64,000 nt of DNA, taken from NCBI GenBank assembly GCA_016748015.1, contig JAAOMT010000777.1, forward strand, positions 190,347-254,346, in the 5' to 3' direction. The notes beneath the pieces were generated by a model. The model was not told where the DNA came from. It did no database searches and saw only the letters and a program-made list of their open reading frames with translations. The DNA is from Geosiphon pyriformis uo1. Taxonomy: Eukaryota > Fungi > Glomeromycota. This document shows positions 1 through 12,422 of the stretch, piece after piece. A program made the position numbers and the translations under genes. Position 1 is the first letter of the stretch. Each line of letters begins with the position of its first letter.

Positions 1-71
1 TTAACAAGCTATTAAGAATCAAGTTATGAATTTGTTATTTATTCCAACCACCCAAATAATTACTTGTAACA
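1..71 (+). repeat. 3' end of the 5' LTR of A1
   Basis: Matches U5 end of the other family A LTRs (GTTAT..TTTGTTATTT..CAAATAATTACTTGTAACA). Confidence 0.85.
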
Positions 72-135
72 TTTGGTGCTTTTTGTAAGATATAATTCAG
101 CAGAGAATTAACACTAACAACAATTATTTGGAAAA

Positions 136-2857
136 GTAGCAAACTAAGAAAATATAGAAAAAAACCATTTAAGATTTGTAAAATCTTTATTTTAACAATT
201 TCTACAGTAAACTATTTCAAGGCACCACACTTTTATAAAATTACCTGTTTTTATTAATAATTACAGAAATAAACAAAAAAATTGGAAATTACATCCAACA
301 AAGATTTTCTATTATCTTTGTAGACAAAAAAAATTATAAACACTAACAGAAACCTCAAGAAAAATACAACTACTGATTTGAAAGAAACCAAGAATTATTT
401 TACCTATTTATCTGTCATATTATTATATACTAAGAAGTACTATTCACATACCATTAGAATTTATATTACTATTAATCACAAAAACAATATTATCCAAAGT
501 ACTATTCCAAAATAATTAGGAGAAAGCCAGATTATTAAGAACCTATAGTGATTTCTTTGAAGAATTTAGATTATAACCAACAATATTATTAGAACTTTGA
601 TTATTGTTACCTTAACCAAATTTTAAATCTACTAGTTATTAAAAAGATACTAATTCAGAAGAAAAAGAAAATAGTGATCAAAAAAATAATAACCAAAACC
701 CAATACTAAATAATTTAGAAATACAAACTCCAATTGTTCAAACTTTACAAAATCTGAACAATCCAAATTTTGCTCTTATTATTTAGTAAGATTTATTTTT
801 AGTAATAGTGATCAAACTACCAGTTATACCAATTGTCTTATCATAACAACAGCTTTTATAACAACTATCACAACAATAACAATTAGCACCAATAGCATAT
901 GTATTTATTGCCAAACTCGAAAAATTCACTGGTGAAAAAAACAACATTTAAACATAATTAAATGATATTACTAAGGCAATTACAACCAATAATTGAAACA
1001 ACACCAAAGTTTTTCAAGCTATTTCTTATTTCTTACAGAATACTGCTGACTTGTAATATTAAAATTTTATTAACAAGCCATAAATCTTTGACATATTTAA
1101 AACCATATTTATATAATACTTCAGTAATCACAACAGCATTAATAAGTTATTAACTAATTTTATCACATTTAAACAAGATGAAACTGAAGCAGTCACTACT
1201 TATTTGGAATGCTTCTATAGAAATTTGCACTAAATACAAACAATATAAGCTGATTACTTTACTAAGACACAAATCTTGAACCAGTTTATTTATGGACTAT
1301 ACAGTAATTTGTTACAATATATACATTCAATACATCCAAATACATTTCAAGATATAGTTACACACACCAGAAATTTTGAATCAGCTAAATTTAAAGCCAA
1401 TTACACCTAAACTGTCAACTTAATAATAAACAAATTATCTAAATTAGATACCAAATTGAAACAATTTGGCAAAATTATCAATTAGAAAATTGAGAGATAC
1501 TTAGCTAACAATTAGACAATTTTTCAATTTTTACAATATTGTGATAATACAAAAAACTTTAATCATTTCCAAAATCAATTATGTCTATTATCCTCATTAA
1601 CCAACCAATTATAATAGCAAGAAATGCATATTTGTCATTATTATGATAAACAAAGACACCTAAAATTAGACTATTATACAAGATTAAATAATTAATAATT
1701 AGAACATCAATATCAAAACTCCAATCACCAGTTTTAAACTCCAAATTATACCCAGAATCAAGAATTATATTAATCTTATTACATTCCAATAATACAACAA
1801 CTAATATACTTACCTTTAATATATTAAACTTTAGTACCAATTATCTATCAGCTGCAGTCACAAACCATCTATTAACTACAGTCACAAATTATCTATTAAC
1901 CATCACCAATTCAAGTACTACCACAAAATTTAAGTTAAATATCAACTAGCAACTAAAAGCTGAAAATTATTTACACACAACAAAATTGGAGATTGGTAAT
2001 AGTAATATATTAACTGATCTTTAATTCATCAAATTAGCTATTAGGATTATGCCAGTAAAGTTTAAAAAGTAGATACACCCAAAACCTAAATTTCCAGAAC
2101 TATTTAAGTTTTTTAATTACTTTAAAAAACAATTTATTTAATAATTTAGAAAGACCAATAATACTATTTACCAACAACATTCTATTAGCAACTATTACTA
2201 AAGACAAATTACTTGTAGCCATATTTTTCTTTACACTGAAAACTCAAGTCAAAACACTATTATTCAGTAGAGCCATTCTTAATGTAAAACCAATTACTGC
2301 AATAAACATTGATGCCAAAGTTGATGATTATTCTATTAAGCTAATTCTTAATAATGGTTTAGTAAGCAACATTATTACTTAACAACTTATGAACCAATTA
2401 GATTGCCAAGTTAATCATGTTGCCAGCATCAGAATAATTATGGCTAATAGAACAACAAAAACTCCTATTGGCAAAATTGACAACTTTTTGTTTGAAGTTA
2501 ATAGTATTATGACAACTATCAAAGTTCTTATCATAGAAGTCATACAGTATTAAGCACTAGTTGGTAATAACTGATTGTTTAAAACCAATGCTATGTTCAA
2601 CTAAAATACTTAAAAGCTACAGTTTAATTAAGATAGTTAACAAACTCAGATATCTGCTACTTGCAGTTATTTCAAACAACCCACTATGTATTTATTAATA
2701 AAATTTAAGAAAAAAAAAAAACCTATTTGAAAAGCTTATTAAGTTTTATGAGCCAACAAAAATTACAACAAACTATTATCAATCTTAACCTAAAAAGAAA
2801 AAAAAAAAAAAGAAAAAAAAAAAACCCAATCTCAAGCCACCACTTCAACATATACTT
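136..2857 (+). pseudogene. gag: A1 gag-protease remnant
   Basis: IAKLEKFTGE capsid motif near 907, decayed Zn-knuckle near 1630, protease region near 2340; many stops. Confidence 0.85.
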
Positions 2858-5800
2858 TGCTACAGCCAACCAATATGATAATAAATACAAGTTCCAAATT
2901 TTTGGTGGCTATCTTTAAAGCTCTTCTGCTACTTGATTCTTACAAAAAACCAATGTTAATGCTTAGCAAAAAATTATTAAATAGACACCAACAAATGCTA
3001 AAGAAGACAACACCTCTTTTATAACCCAGTTTGAAATTAAATTTAGAACTTTTATCCTAATATCCAAATGATACATGGAATTAAAAAAAAGAACCCAAGA
3101 TCCTGATAAAGTTGTAACTGAGTATGTCAAAACAATCAAAAAGTTAATCAAGTAAGTAGATTTTGGAAAGAACTGGACAAAAGAGCAAAAGATTCATTTC
3201 TTTACAAAAAAATTAAAGACTGATCTTTCATATGCTCTTTGGCTCCTCCTGGCCCTAAAAAACAATTTCACAATGAATATGGCCATTGAACTTGTTCAGA
3301 AAATAGAAAACAATCAAAAAATGCATCTAGGATCCACATTTTTAGTTTTTGCTCTTGCTCCTGTTATGGCTCCTGCTTTCCAAATGACTGCTACCTTTTT
3401 TGTTATCCAAACTCAAGACCCAAATAAACAGTTGATAGATAGACTTACAGCTAATCTTGCCCAGTTACTAGAACTCTTAACCCAAGCAGTCAAAGAGAAT
3501 TAACAATCCCAAAGACCCAGATTTGAACTCCATTTTAATCAATCCCAGCAATTTTTTTATCAAAGACAACAAAATTGTGGCTTATCTGTATGTTATTGCT
3601 GTGAATTAACCAAACATTTCTCCAGAGATTGCAACAATCTTCCTTTGTTTTTTCCAGCTCCCAGAAACAATAACAATCAAAACAACAGAACTATTAACAA
3701 CAATGTCCCCAATAAAAGACTCAATTATGTTAACATCAATTTTTTTGGAGAGAATTTCCTAGTTAAAGCTATTGTTTATTAGTTTTTAAACTGGTAAGTG
3801 CACTTCTAAAGGGTAAAAGTACAAACCAACCAGAAAAAAACCTCTTTTTTGCTTTTAATCAAACTGATAATAACTATGACATGGATGAATTAACAATTAA
3901 CACCTCTGAATTAACAAAAAAGAAGAAGAAAGCCAAGATTAATTTCGTTTTAAACCCAAACAAAGCATTCATATTAACTGCTAATAACAATAAGCCACCA
4001 AAAGCTAAAGTTTTTAAAAATCTTTCAAAGTTGAAATCCCCAGAAATAGTATAAAAATCTGGTTTCTATTCTGTTATTAAAGATTTCATAGAAATCTCAC
4101 CACATATTACATTTGGCCAACTAATGACTTATCCACAATTCAAAAAAAATCTTTGCAAATTATTGATTCCAAAGAAGAAAACACCAAAAACCAACAAACA
4201 CTCTTGTCAAGCTGGACTTGCTGACAACAGTAATGTTATCTCTGTCATTTGCAAAGCCCAAATGGCTGGTTATTTTATTGACTTGATCCTAAACAGTGGA
4301 TCATTTGTCAGTATAATTGCCAAACACTTTTTGGAAGCCATTAAAAAAAAAATTGATAAACCTTCTACTTAGCCTATAACCAATATGCATAGTGACAAGA
4401 AAAAAAGTCTGGACATAGCCAAAGCTATTCCTGTTCATATCAATAGCATTAGCATTGAAACTGACATGGAAGTATTTGAAACAAAAAAGTACACCATAAT
4501 TGTTGACAATAAGTGGCTCAAGAAAGCCAAAGCACTATTTAATTATGAACTTTCTGAGTTAAACATCAAATGTAATGAGAAGCCTATTGTGGTTAAGTAT
4601 CATCATTGGACAATTTTTTTAGTATCCAAGCAAAATCAAGAAGATAAACAATTAGATAAATTAGATGATGATGAGAGTGATGAAAAAAAAAATCAAGAAA
4701 ACAAGAGGAAACTGCTAAACTCACTTATATTATTTTTATCAGCAATGGCAAGCCACTAGATAATGTCAAAGCTGACAGAGAAAAAATTATTGTAAATAAC
4801 AAGCTAATTTGCTGGCCCTACTATGATATTCTCAGAAAAATCTTTGATAGAAAGCTTGACAAAAAAACAAAATACAGTTATTGGTGGCATGGCCCTTGTG
4901 CCCAGTATTAGTGTAATAAACTCTTGTATTCTTCTAGTAATAAATGCAAATTTTGCCTAATTTACTACAAAAATTAGGAACCCATTAGCCTAATACCAAG
5001 AAAAAAAATTAAGAAAAGTACAAAAGTTTTTTGAAAATGAACCATCTAAAATTTAATCACTTGCAATAAAACAAAAAAAACTCTCTCTTGAAGAAAAAAA
5101 ATAGACATTGAAAATCTGTTGACTAGAAATAGCCTAGTTATCTCAAAAAAAGATGATACTTCTAAACAAACCCATATAATACAACACATCATTATCACCA
5201 GAGAAACTCGTTCTATCTATTTGAAGTCTTATTAATCCAATTAACACAATAATAAGTTCATTAAAAAAGAGATAATCCGAATAAAAAACCTTGGATTTAT
5301 ACAAAAAACCAAGAGTAAATGGGCTTTTCCAGTTGTAATGATATTCAAAAAAGATGGAACCTTACACTTCTGTGTTGACTACTGCCAATTAAATGCCATT
5401 ACTATAAGAGATATATATCTATTTTCCAAAATTAATGCAATATTAGACAAATTCAATAGTCCTGCTTTCTTTTTAACTATTGACTTAACTGCTGGATTTT
5501 GGCAAGTAGAAATAGATCCAGAAAGTAGAAAAAAAACTGCTTTTATTACCAAGTATGGCACTTATGAATTCACAGTTATGTTTTTTGGTCTTACTAATGC
5601 TCCTTCTATCTTTTAATGCCTAATAAACAAAGTATTTAAATCAATAAAAGAAAACTTTGTTCTGGTTTATTTGAACAACATAATGATATACTCAAAAACC
5701 TAGAATAAATACCTTAAACACTTGCAAAAAGTTTTTGATCTTCTTAAAAATGCTGGTCTCAAGATAAACCCAATCAAATTTTTCTTTGGATAACAATCCA

Positions 5801-5934
5801 CCCAGTTTCTTGGTTATTTTATTACAAAAAATAAAATTTTCTCTGACTTAGCTAAAGTTGAAAAAGTCCAGAACATTAAACAACCAATAAATGTTTCTGA
5901 ACTATGCTTTTTCTTTGGTTTGACCTCTTACTAT
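2858..5934 (+). pseudogene. pol: B1 gag C-terminus, protease and RT (5' part)
   Basis: Zn-knuckle CYCCELTKHFSRDC, protease LILNSGS, RT motifs FCVDY, IDLTAGFWQ, KTAF, FGLTNAP. Confidence 0.9.
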
Positions 5935-6324
5935 TATTATGGTTAAAACTTATTTTTCTTATTAATTATCACATATATTAGTCACCAATATCATATAAAT
6001 TAGCCACTCTATTTTTAGAAAGTAATCATTGACCTAATTATTGACTACTTTTGATAACTATATAAGCAATGAATTTTTTAGCTATAGAAAAACATATAAG
6101 AATTAAAGAAAATAAAATAAAATAACAACTTTTATCTCAATCCTTTTTTTATCACTAAATTTTCTTTTCTTATCTTCAAGTATTTGAACATCTTAAAATA
6201 AAAAATTACTTGTTAGTATTTACCTACCTTTTTTCTGAAATGTGTAATTGCAATATTTGAAGATTATTGAATAAAACATGATTAAAGAATACATTTGATA
6301 CCTGATATTGAATTCTAAAAGCAC
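5935..6324 (+). repeat. B2 5' LTR, left part (split by A2)
   Basis: Matches 52421-52860. Confidence 0.9.
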
Positions 6325-7212
6325 TGTTACAGATGATTATTTGAGATCTTAAATCAAATAACAAACTCGTAACTTGGTGCTCAATTGATGACATTGGTAA
6401 TATCCATAAGTTGATTATATCTGAAGGTGTTTGTTGAGTCTTTTGTATAATGAACAGAAATTTAATTAATAGTTTTATCTATAGCTTTCCAAAACCACAG
6501 TTTTGTCAATTTTTTTCTCAATGTGGTGGCCAGTAATTTGACAGAAATGCCCTTCTGGTAAGCTATCTTTAAATTTTCAATTCTTATACCTTTTCTTTGG
6601 GGTCTTTTACCAAGCTATTCTTAACATCAATAACTCAGCACTTAATTCTCAATCAATTAGTAAAACCAAAAGAAATAACAAAAGAAAATAAAAGAAAAAT
6701 AAAAGAAGATAAAGAAATAAGTAAAGACAATTGCCAGTTAATATCCTGTCAATAGCCATGATTAAAAGCTATTGTTCTAGTGTGGTTAAGTATCAATTAC
6801 TATTAACATGAAGTGTTGATAGTGGAAGTGGATTTGATATATTGAATAATTATTTATTGATATTTGTAAGATAAAAGGTTGCTTAAATCAAATCTAAACT
6901 AAGAAGTCTGTCTTTTCTTCTTTTAATGCTATCACTATATATACATAATTGATGTTCTATAAGATCACTTACATTTTTAAGTGATGTGCTATGATTTTTT
7001 GAGCAATGCTCACATTGCTAAGCAATGTGTCCTAATTTTTTAATATTGCTTTACATTGCTAAACAATGTGTTCTAATTTTTTAATATTGCTCTACATTGC
7101 TAAACAATATGTCCTAATTTTTTAACATTGCTCTATATTGCTAAGCAATGTGCTTATTACTCTCCTATTGGTCTACTATTTTTTATATCTGTTTTCCTTT
7201 TTATAAGTAATA
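6325..7212 (-). repeat. A2 3' LTR
   Basis: Matches 45067-45883; ~40-bp tandem units carrying the CACATTGCTNAGCAATGTG palindrome. Confidence 0.93.
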
Positions 7213-7225
7213 TTATCTCTTCCTT

Positions 7226-7861
7226 TTAATATTGAGCTCCATCAAAATTCTCATTTTGAATTATGTCAAATACTTCTTTTTCAAGTAGTGTCTGTTCCAC
7301 CCTACTCTTTATTTCTTTAATTTGTAAGTTGTTTATTTTTTTCCATTGATTAATGGTTATTGTTTCCATGTCAGAGTGTAATAATACTTCTGGATAGTTT
7401 TGAAATATAGTGTGTAGTTAATAAATGGTCTTAATATGTAGTGTCAAGTTTGTTTTTTTTCCAATAATGTCTTCAATGTTCCAGACTATTTCTTGATTAA
7501 AGATTCTTTTGGATTTGTCAAAGTATAACTTCTAAATATCTACTTTTTGTTCCAATTAATAGTAGTAGTATGATATTGGGAATTGGTCTATCTATTGGCT
7601 CCAATTTTTTTTTTCCAGTTCTTCTGTTGAAACTATGATGATTATTTTTCCAAAAGTGTTTTTTATTTTCTTTACTATTTTATCTGACCAGTTTATTACT
7701 GGTTTTTGTGGTCATTAGTATAGTGTATTTTTTCCTTTTTGTTTGGTGTTTCAATAACAGATTGTTTGGTTGTTGATGATAATTTCTATGTTTCCTTGCT
7801 GTTGACCTAAAGCCTAAAACAATTGTTGGGCTAAAGTGTGAATATGGTCTGGTATTTTCAT
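7226..7861 (-). pseudogene. A2 ORF3, unknown function
   Basis: ATG MKIPDHIH..., ends DGAQY-TAA at the PPT; homologous to A4 20075-20713. Confidence 0.75.
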
Positions 7862-7915
7862 TTTTTTTTGTTGCTTTTGTCATATATACTTTGTTTTTAT
7901 ATACTCTTTGGTTGT

Positions 7916-9297
7916 TCAATTTGACATGTTTGGTTTAATAACTATAATTGGTTTCAGATCTCATGGGATCTTATCTGGTTGGACTAGTATTTGTTGTATT
8001 CCCAGTTGTGGAATGTTATTGATAGATGATAATACTATATGATGATATGATTTCAGTTGATCACTATATACTGCTTTGGCTAAAATTTTGTTGTCTCATC
8101 TTAATTTATAAGCTCTATTTCTAAGAATTTCTTCTATGTAAAATGGTTTATCCTATTTGAGGTCAAATTTTCCACTCTATTGTTTTTTCACTTTAGTACA
8201 ATATAATAGTACTTTGTCTCCAATCTTGAATTCAACTGGTTTATCTGGTAGTTGGTTGTCATGTTTTTTTTTTTGTTTTTTTTGTGACTTTTGAATATTA
8301 TTAGCTGCTTTTTGTCATTTGTTTTCTAGAGTTTCTATCAAGTTATATGTTCTTCTTAGCAACATTTTTTGAAAATTGTCTTTAGTTATTGGTTCTGTTG
8401 GATAAGTATTGACTTTTATCTCAACTGGTAATATTGTTGTTCTACCATATACTAATTCAAATAGTGTTGCTTGTGTAGTGTCTTGTTTTATTATTCGATA
8501 AACAAATAATACTGATAGTATGAACAAATCCCATTTATCCTGGTTTTCTTGGCTGATTTTAGCAATAGATTCACATAATATTCTATTAAATCTTTTAACT
8601 AGTCTATTGGTTTGTAGATGGTATGATAATAATAATGGTTTTTTTATCCCAAATTTTTGGCTTAACTCTGCTAATGTTCTATTCACAAAGTGAGTTCCTT
8701 GGTCAGATAGTAATTTTTTTGAACATCTATGTCGACAGATCAAATCTTAATAGATGAATTTGGCAATGGATTTTGCATCTGCTCTTTAAATGGCTTTTGC
8801 TTCTGGCCATTTTGTGAAATAATCCATGACTACTGCAATATATCTGTTGTCTTTACTGGTAATTGTTAATGATCCAACTAAGTCAATTCTGATATAATCA
8901 AATGGTTGTTCCATTTTGATTGGTCTTAATGGTTTACTGGGTTTTGTTTCACCTCTTCTTTGACAAGCATCACAATTTTGAACATATTAGATGATGTTTG
9001 GATATATTAATAGCCAATAGTATTTTTTTCTGATTTTTTCTATGGTTGCTTCTTTGTGGAATGTCCTGCTGTTGGATCTGTATGCATGTTGAATAATATT
9101 GTCTCTTTTTCTGGTTCTGTAATTACTTTGGTTGGTTGATCTGAATTTTTTTTGTTTTTCTGGTAAAGTATATTTTGATGATTGATAAAATATTTTGATT
9201 GCTGTTTTATGTTGTTTTGTTTTTTTTGAGATAATTTCTCCTTGAACAATTAAGTATTTATATAATGTTGGAGTTGTTGATATTTTTGTATATTTAT
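7916..9297 (-). pseudogene. int: A2 integrase ORF
   Basis: NMHTDPTAGH, CDACQ, SDQGTHF motifs. Confidence 0.9.
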
Positions 9298-9358
9298 CTT
9301 TTATTATATTTTTCATCAACTTGTTCTGTTTTTTTTATATTTTTGAGTTGAAATGTTC

Positions 9359-10340
9359 TTAGATTTGTTTTATTTTCGACAAACTGTTAGCATTTCTGTT
9401 GTCTTTTCCCTTTTTATAATGTATTGTAAATGTATATGACAATAATGCTATTTTCTATCTTGCATGGCAATTATCTCTAAATTCTTGATTCTGGATTAAA
9501 GTCAATCCCTTGTGATCTGTGTACACATCAAATTTCTGGCTTAAGTACTCTTTTCATTTCATGACTGCTCAATAGATTGCCAAGTGTTCTAATGTCAGTG
9601 TTTTATAGTTTTTTTTTGCTGGGCTCAAGCTTTGGCTGGTGTATGTTACTGGATGTTCTCTTCCATTTTATCCTCTTTGTAATAGTACTGCTTTCAATGC
9701 TTGGCCTGATGGATCAGTAGTAATGATGAATGGTTTACTGTAGTCTGAATAGATCAGTACCAGAGCTAGAATAAGCTTTCTTTTTAGTGTGTCAAATGCT
9801 TTTTGTTGAGCTTTTGTCTATTCATACTTCACATTCTTAGTTTGTAGATGATGGAATAGCTGAGCCAGTTTAGAAAAGTCTTTGATAAAGCAGCAATAAT
9901 ATTCAACAAATTCTAAAAATGCTCTTAGTTCTGTCAAGTTAGTTAGTACTGAAAAGTTTTTTACTATTGCAATCTTATTCAAATCTGTTTTGATGCCATT
10001 TTTGCTCACAACATGTTTCAAAAACTTGAGTTCTGTTTTGCCAAAGAAACACTTGGTTGCATTTAATTTTAATCCAGCTTTTCTGAGTCTTTCAAATACT
10101 TGTTGGAGATAATGCAGATGATCATTGAATGTTTTTGAGAATACATTGGTGTCATCTAAGTATATGTCTACTGATTTTCATAGCAGTCCAGTATAAACAA
10201 TTTCCATGAGTCGTTGAAATGTGGCAGAGTGTTTATTAAGCCAAATAGCATTACTTTAAACTCAAAATTTCTTTCTCTTGTGGTGAAAACTGTTTTTTCT
10301 TTATCTTTCAGTTTTATGATTATTTGCCAATAACTACTGT
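9359..10340 (-). pseudogene. pol: A2 RT C-terminal part and RNase H
   Basis: YLDDT near 10150-10165; RNase H ends KQI-TAA at 9359-9361. Confidence 0.9.
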
Positions 10341-11183
10341 TGTTACTCATAAAATAGAGGAAAGACATTAACATATAAATTAGCCAATCAGAAGTAGTCA
10401 CAGTAAATGTGGAATTCCAGAATTTTTCTCAAAAAAAATTACAGGATTCCAGAAATTTTAGAATTCTCATACAAGGAATCGCAGGATTCCAGAATTCCAG
10501 GATTCCTCTTAAAAGAAATTGCAGGATTCCAAGAATTTCAGGATTTCTGGTGTGAAGAATTGAGGAATTGAAGAATCTCAATTATGTATATATAGTGGTA
10601 GCATTAGAAGTAAAAAAAACAGACTTTTCCATTTAGATTTAATCTAAGCAACCTTCTATATCACAACCATCAATAAATAATTATTTAATACCTTAAATCT
10701 TCTTTTCACTATCAATATTTTATGTTGATAATAATTGCTAATTAGACCATACTGAAACAATAGCTTTTGATCACAGCTATTGATGGGATACTAACCATTA
10801 TTGTTTTGGCTTATTCATTATTATTTTTTTCTTTATATTTTTTCTCTTTTTGTTATTTTTTTTGTTTATTAACTTGATTAAAGAATTTATGTATGGAGGA
10901 ACTGACATTAGGATATAGCACTGGTAAAAGACCCAGGAATAAGGATAGACATTCGGGATTGAAAATATCTTACCAGAAGGAATACTGGCCATCATGCTGA
11001 GAAAAAAATTGACAAAACTGCAGTTTCGGAAAGCTATGGATAACACAACTATTAAATCTTTGTGCATTATACAAAAGACTTAACAAAGAAAAACCCTTCA
11101 AATATTAACACCAGAAATACCAATCAAGCACCAAGTTACAGGTTTGTTATTTGACTTGAGATTCTAAATAATCACTTGTAACA
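10341..11183 (+). repeat. A3 5' LTR
   Basis: TGTTACTCAT...TGTAACA; CCAAT box, CAGGATTCC/GAATTCC repeats, TATA-like TATATATAG, AATAAA. Confidence 0.93.
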
Positions 11184-11246
11184 TTTGGTACTCTCTGTGA
11201 GATATAATTTTACAGAAAACCAGCACCAACAAATCCCATCCAAACA

Positions 11247-11488
11247 GTGGCAGAATCAGAAGAAATAGGAACAAATCATTTGGAATTTGCAAAATCTTTA
11301 TTCCAATATTATCACATCTATCTCAAATTAACAAATAATAGTTGGCCAACAGAATCAGCTTTCAATTGCTACATCAACAAGAAAATCATATACCATTTAA
11401 GAAGTCAAGGAGATCCAGAATTTGTCTTCAACAACTTCTTCAGTAAACTACTTCAAAGCACTACTCTTCTGTAAAACTATTTATTCAC
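11247..11488 (+). pseudogene. gag: A3 gag N-terminus (interrupted by A4)
   Basis: GTG-AESEEIG...ESAFN; frame continues at 21599 (QNYLFT|PLITEIN). Confidence 0.88.
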
Positions 11489-12360
11489 TGTTACTCATAG
11501 AATATAGGAAATATATTAGTATATAAATTAGCCAATCAGAAGTAGCCATAGTAAATGTGGAATTCCAGGATTCCTCTTAAGAGGAATTGCAGAATTCCAA
11601 GAATTTCAGGATTTTTATACAAGAAATCACAGGATTCCAGAATTCCAGGATTCCTCTTAAAAGGAATTGCAGGATTTCAAGAATTCCAGGATTTCTGGTA
11701 TAAAAAATTGAGGAATTGAGAAATCTTAATTATGTATATATAGTGGTAGCATTAGAAGCAAAAAAAACAGACATCTCTATTTAGATTTGATCTAAGCAAC
11801 CTTTTAGTTCCCAAATATTAATAAATAAATATTTACCATCACAAATCTACTCTCCACTATCAACACTTTATGTTGATAGTTATTAATACTTAACCACACT
11901 AGAACAATAGCTCTTGATTATGGCTATTGACAGGATACTAACTTGTAAATTGCCTTGGCTTATTTTTTTACTTCTTTTATTTTCTTTTTTTATCTTTCTT
12001 TCTTTGATTTTTGTTGTATACTAATTGATTGAGGATTAAGTGCTGAATTATTGACATCACAAATAGCCTGGTAAAAGACCCAGAAATAAGGGTAATGAAT
12101 ATATATATATTAACAGATAGCTTACCAGAAGGGCACAACTGCCAGATTAAAATGGCCATTATGCTGAAGACAGAAATTGGGAAAAACAACTCACCAACCA
12201 ATCACATTATCATTGAATCTCTGTCTATTATACAAAAGACTTAACTAAAACCTTCAGATACAAACAACACCTTCAGATCATTATCATTGCAAATAGCTTC
12301 TAAGTACCAAGTTACAAGTTTGTTATTTAATTTGAGACCCCTAAATAATTACCTGTAACA
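11489..12360 (+). repeat. A4 5' LTR
   Basis: Matches 20728-21598. Confidence 0.94.
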
Positions 12361-12379
12361 TTTGGTGCTCTCTGTGAGG
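12361..12379 (+). promoter_or_regulatory. A4 primer binding site TTTGGTGCTCTCTGTGAGG
   Basis: TGG motif 2 nt after the LTR; complementary to a tRNA ending ...GAGCACCA (identity not determined). Confidence 0.85.
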
Positions 12380-12422
12380 TATAATCCTACAGAGAACTAG
12401 CACCAACTACACTCATCCAAAA

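Larger units (their letters stand above)
1..2857 (+). mobile_element. Ty3/Gypsy family A copy A1, highly decayed 5' fragment (LTR end, PBS, gag, protease)
   Basis: LTR end ...CTTGTAACA at 71, PBS TTTGGTGCTTTTTGTAAG at 72-89, then sequence colinear with A4 gag/PR; stops abruptly at ~2857. Confidence 0.9.

Noticed and set aside
10405-10550. CRISPR-like repeat array
   Set aside because: No unique spacers and no cas genes; these are U3 tandem repeats duplicated in both LTRs
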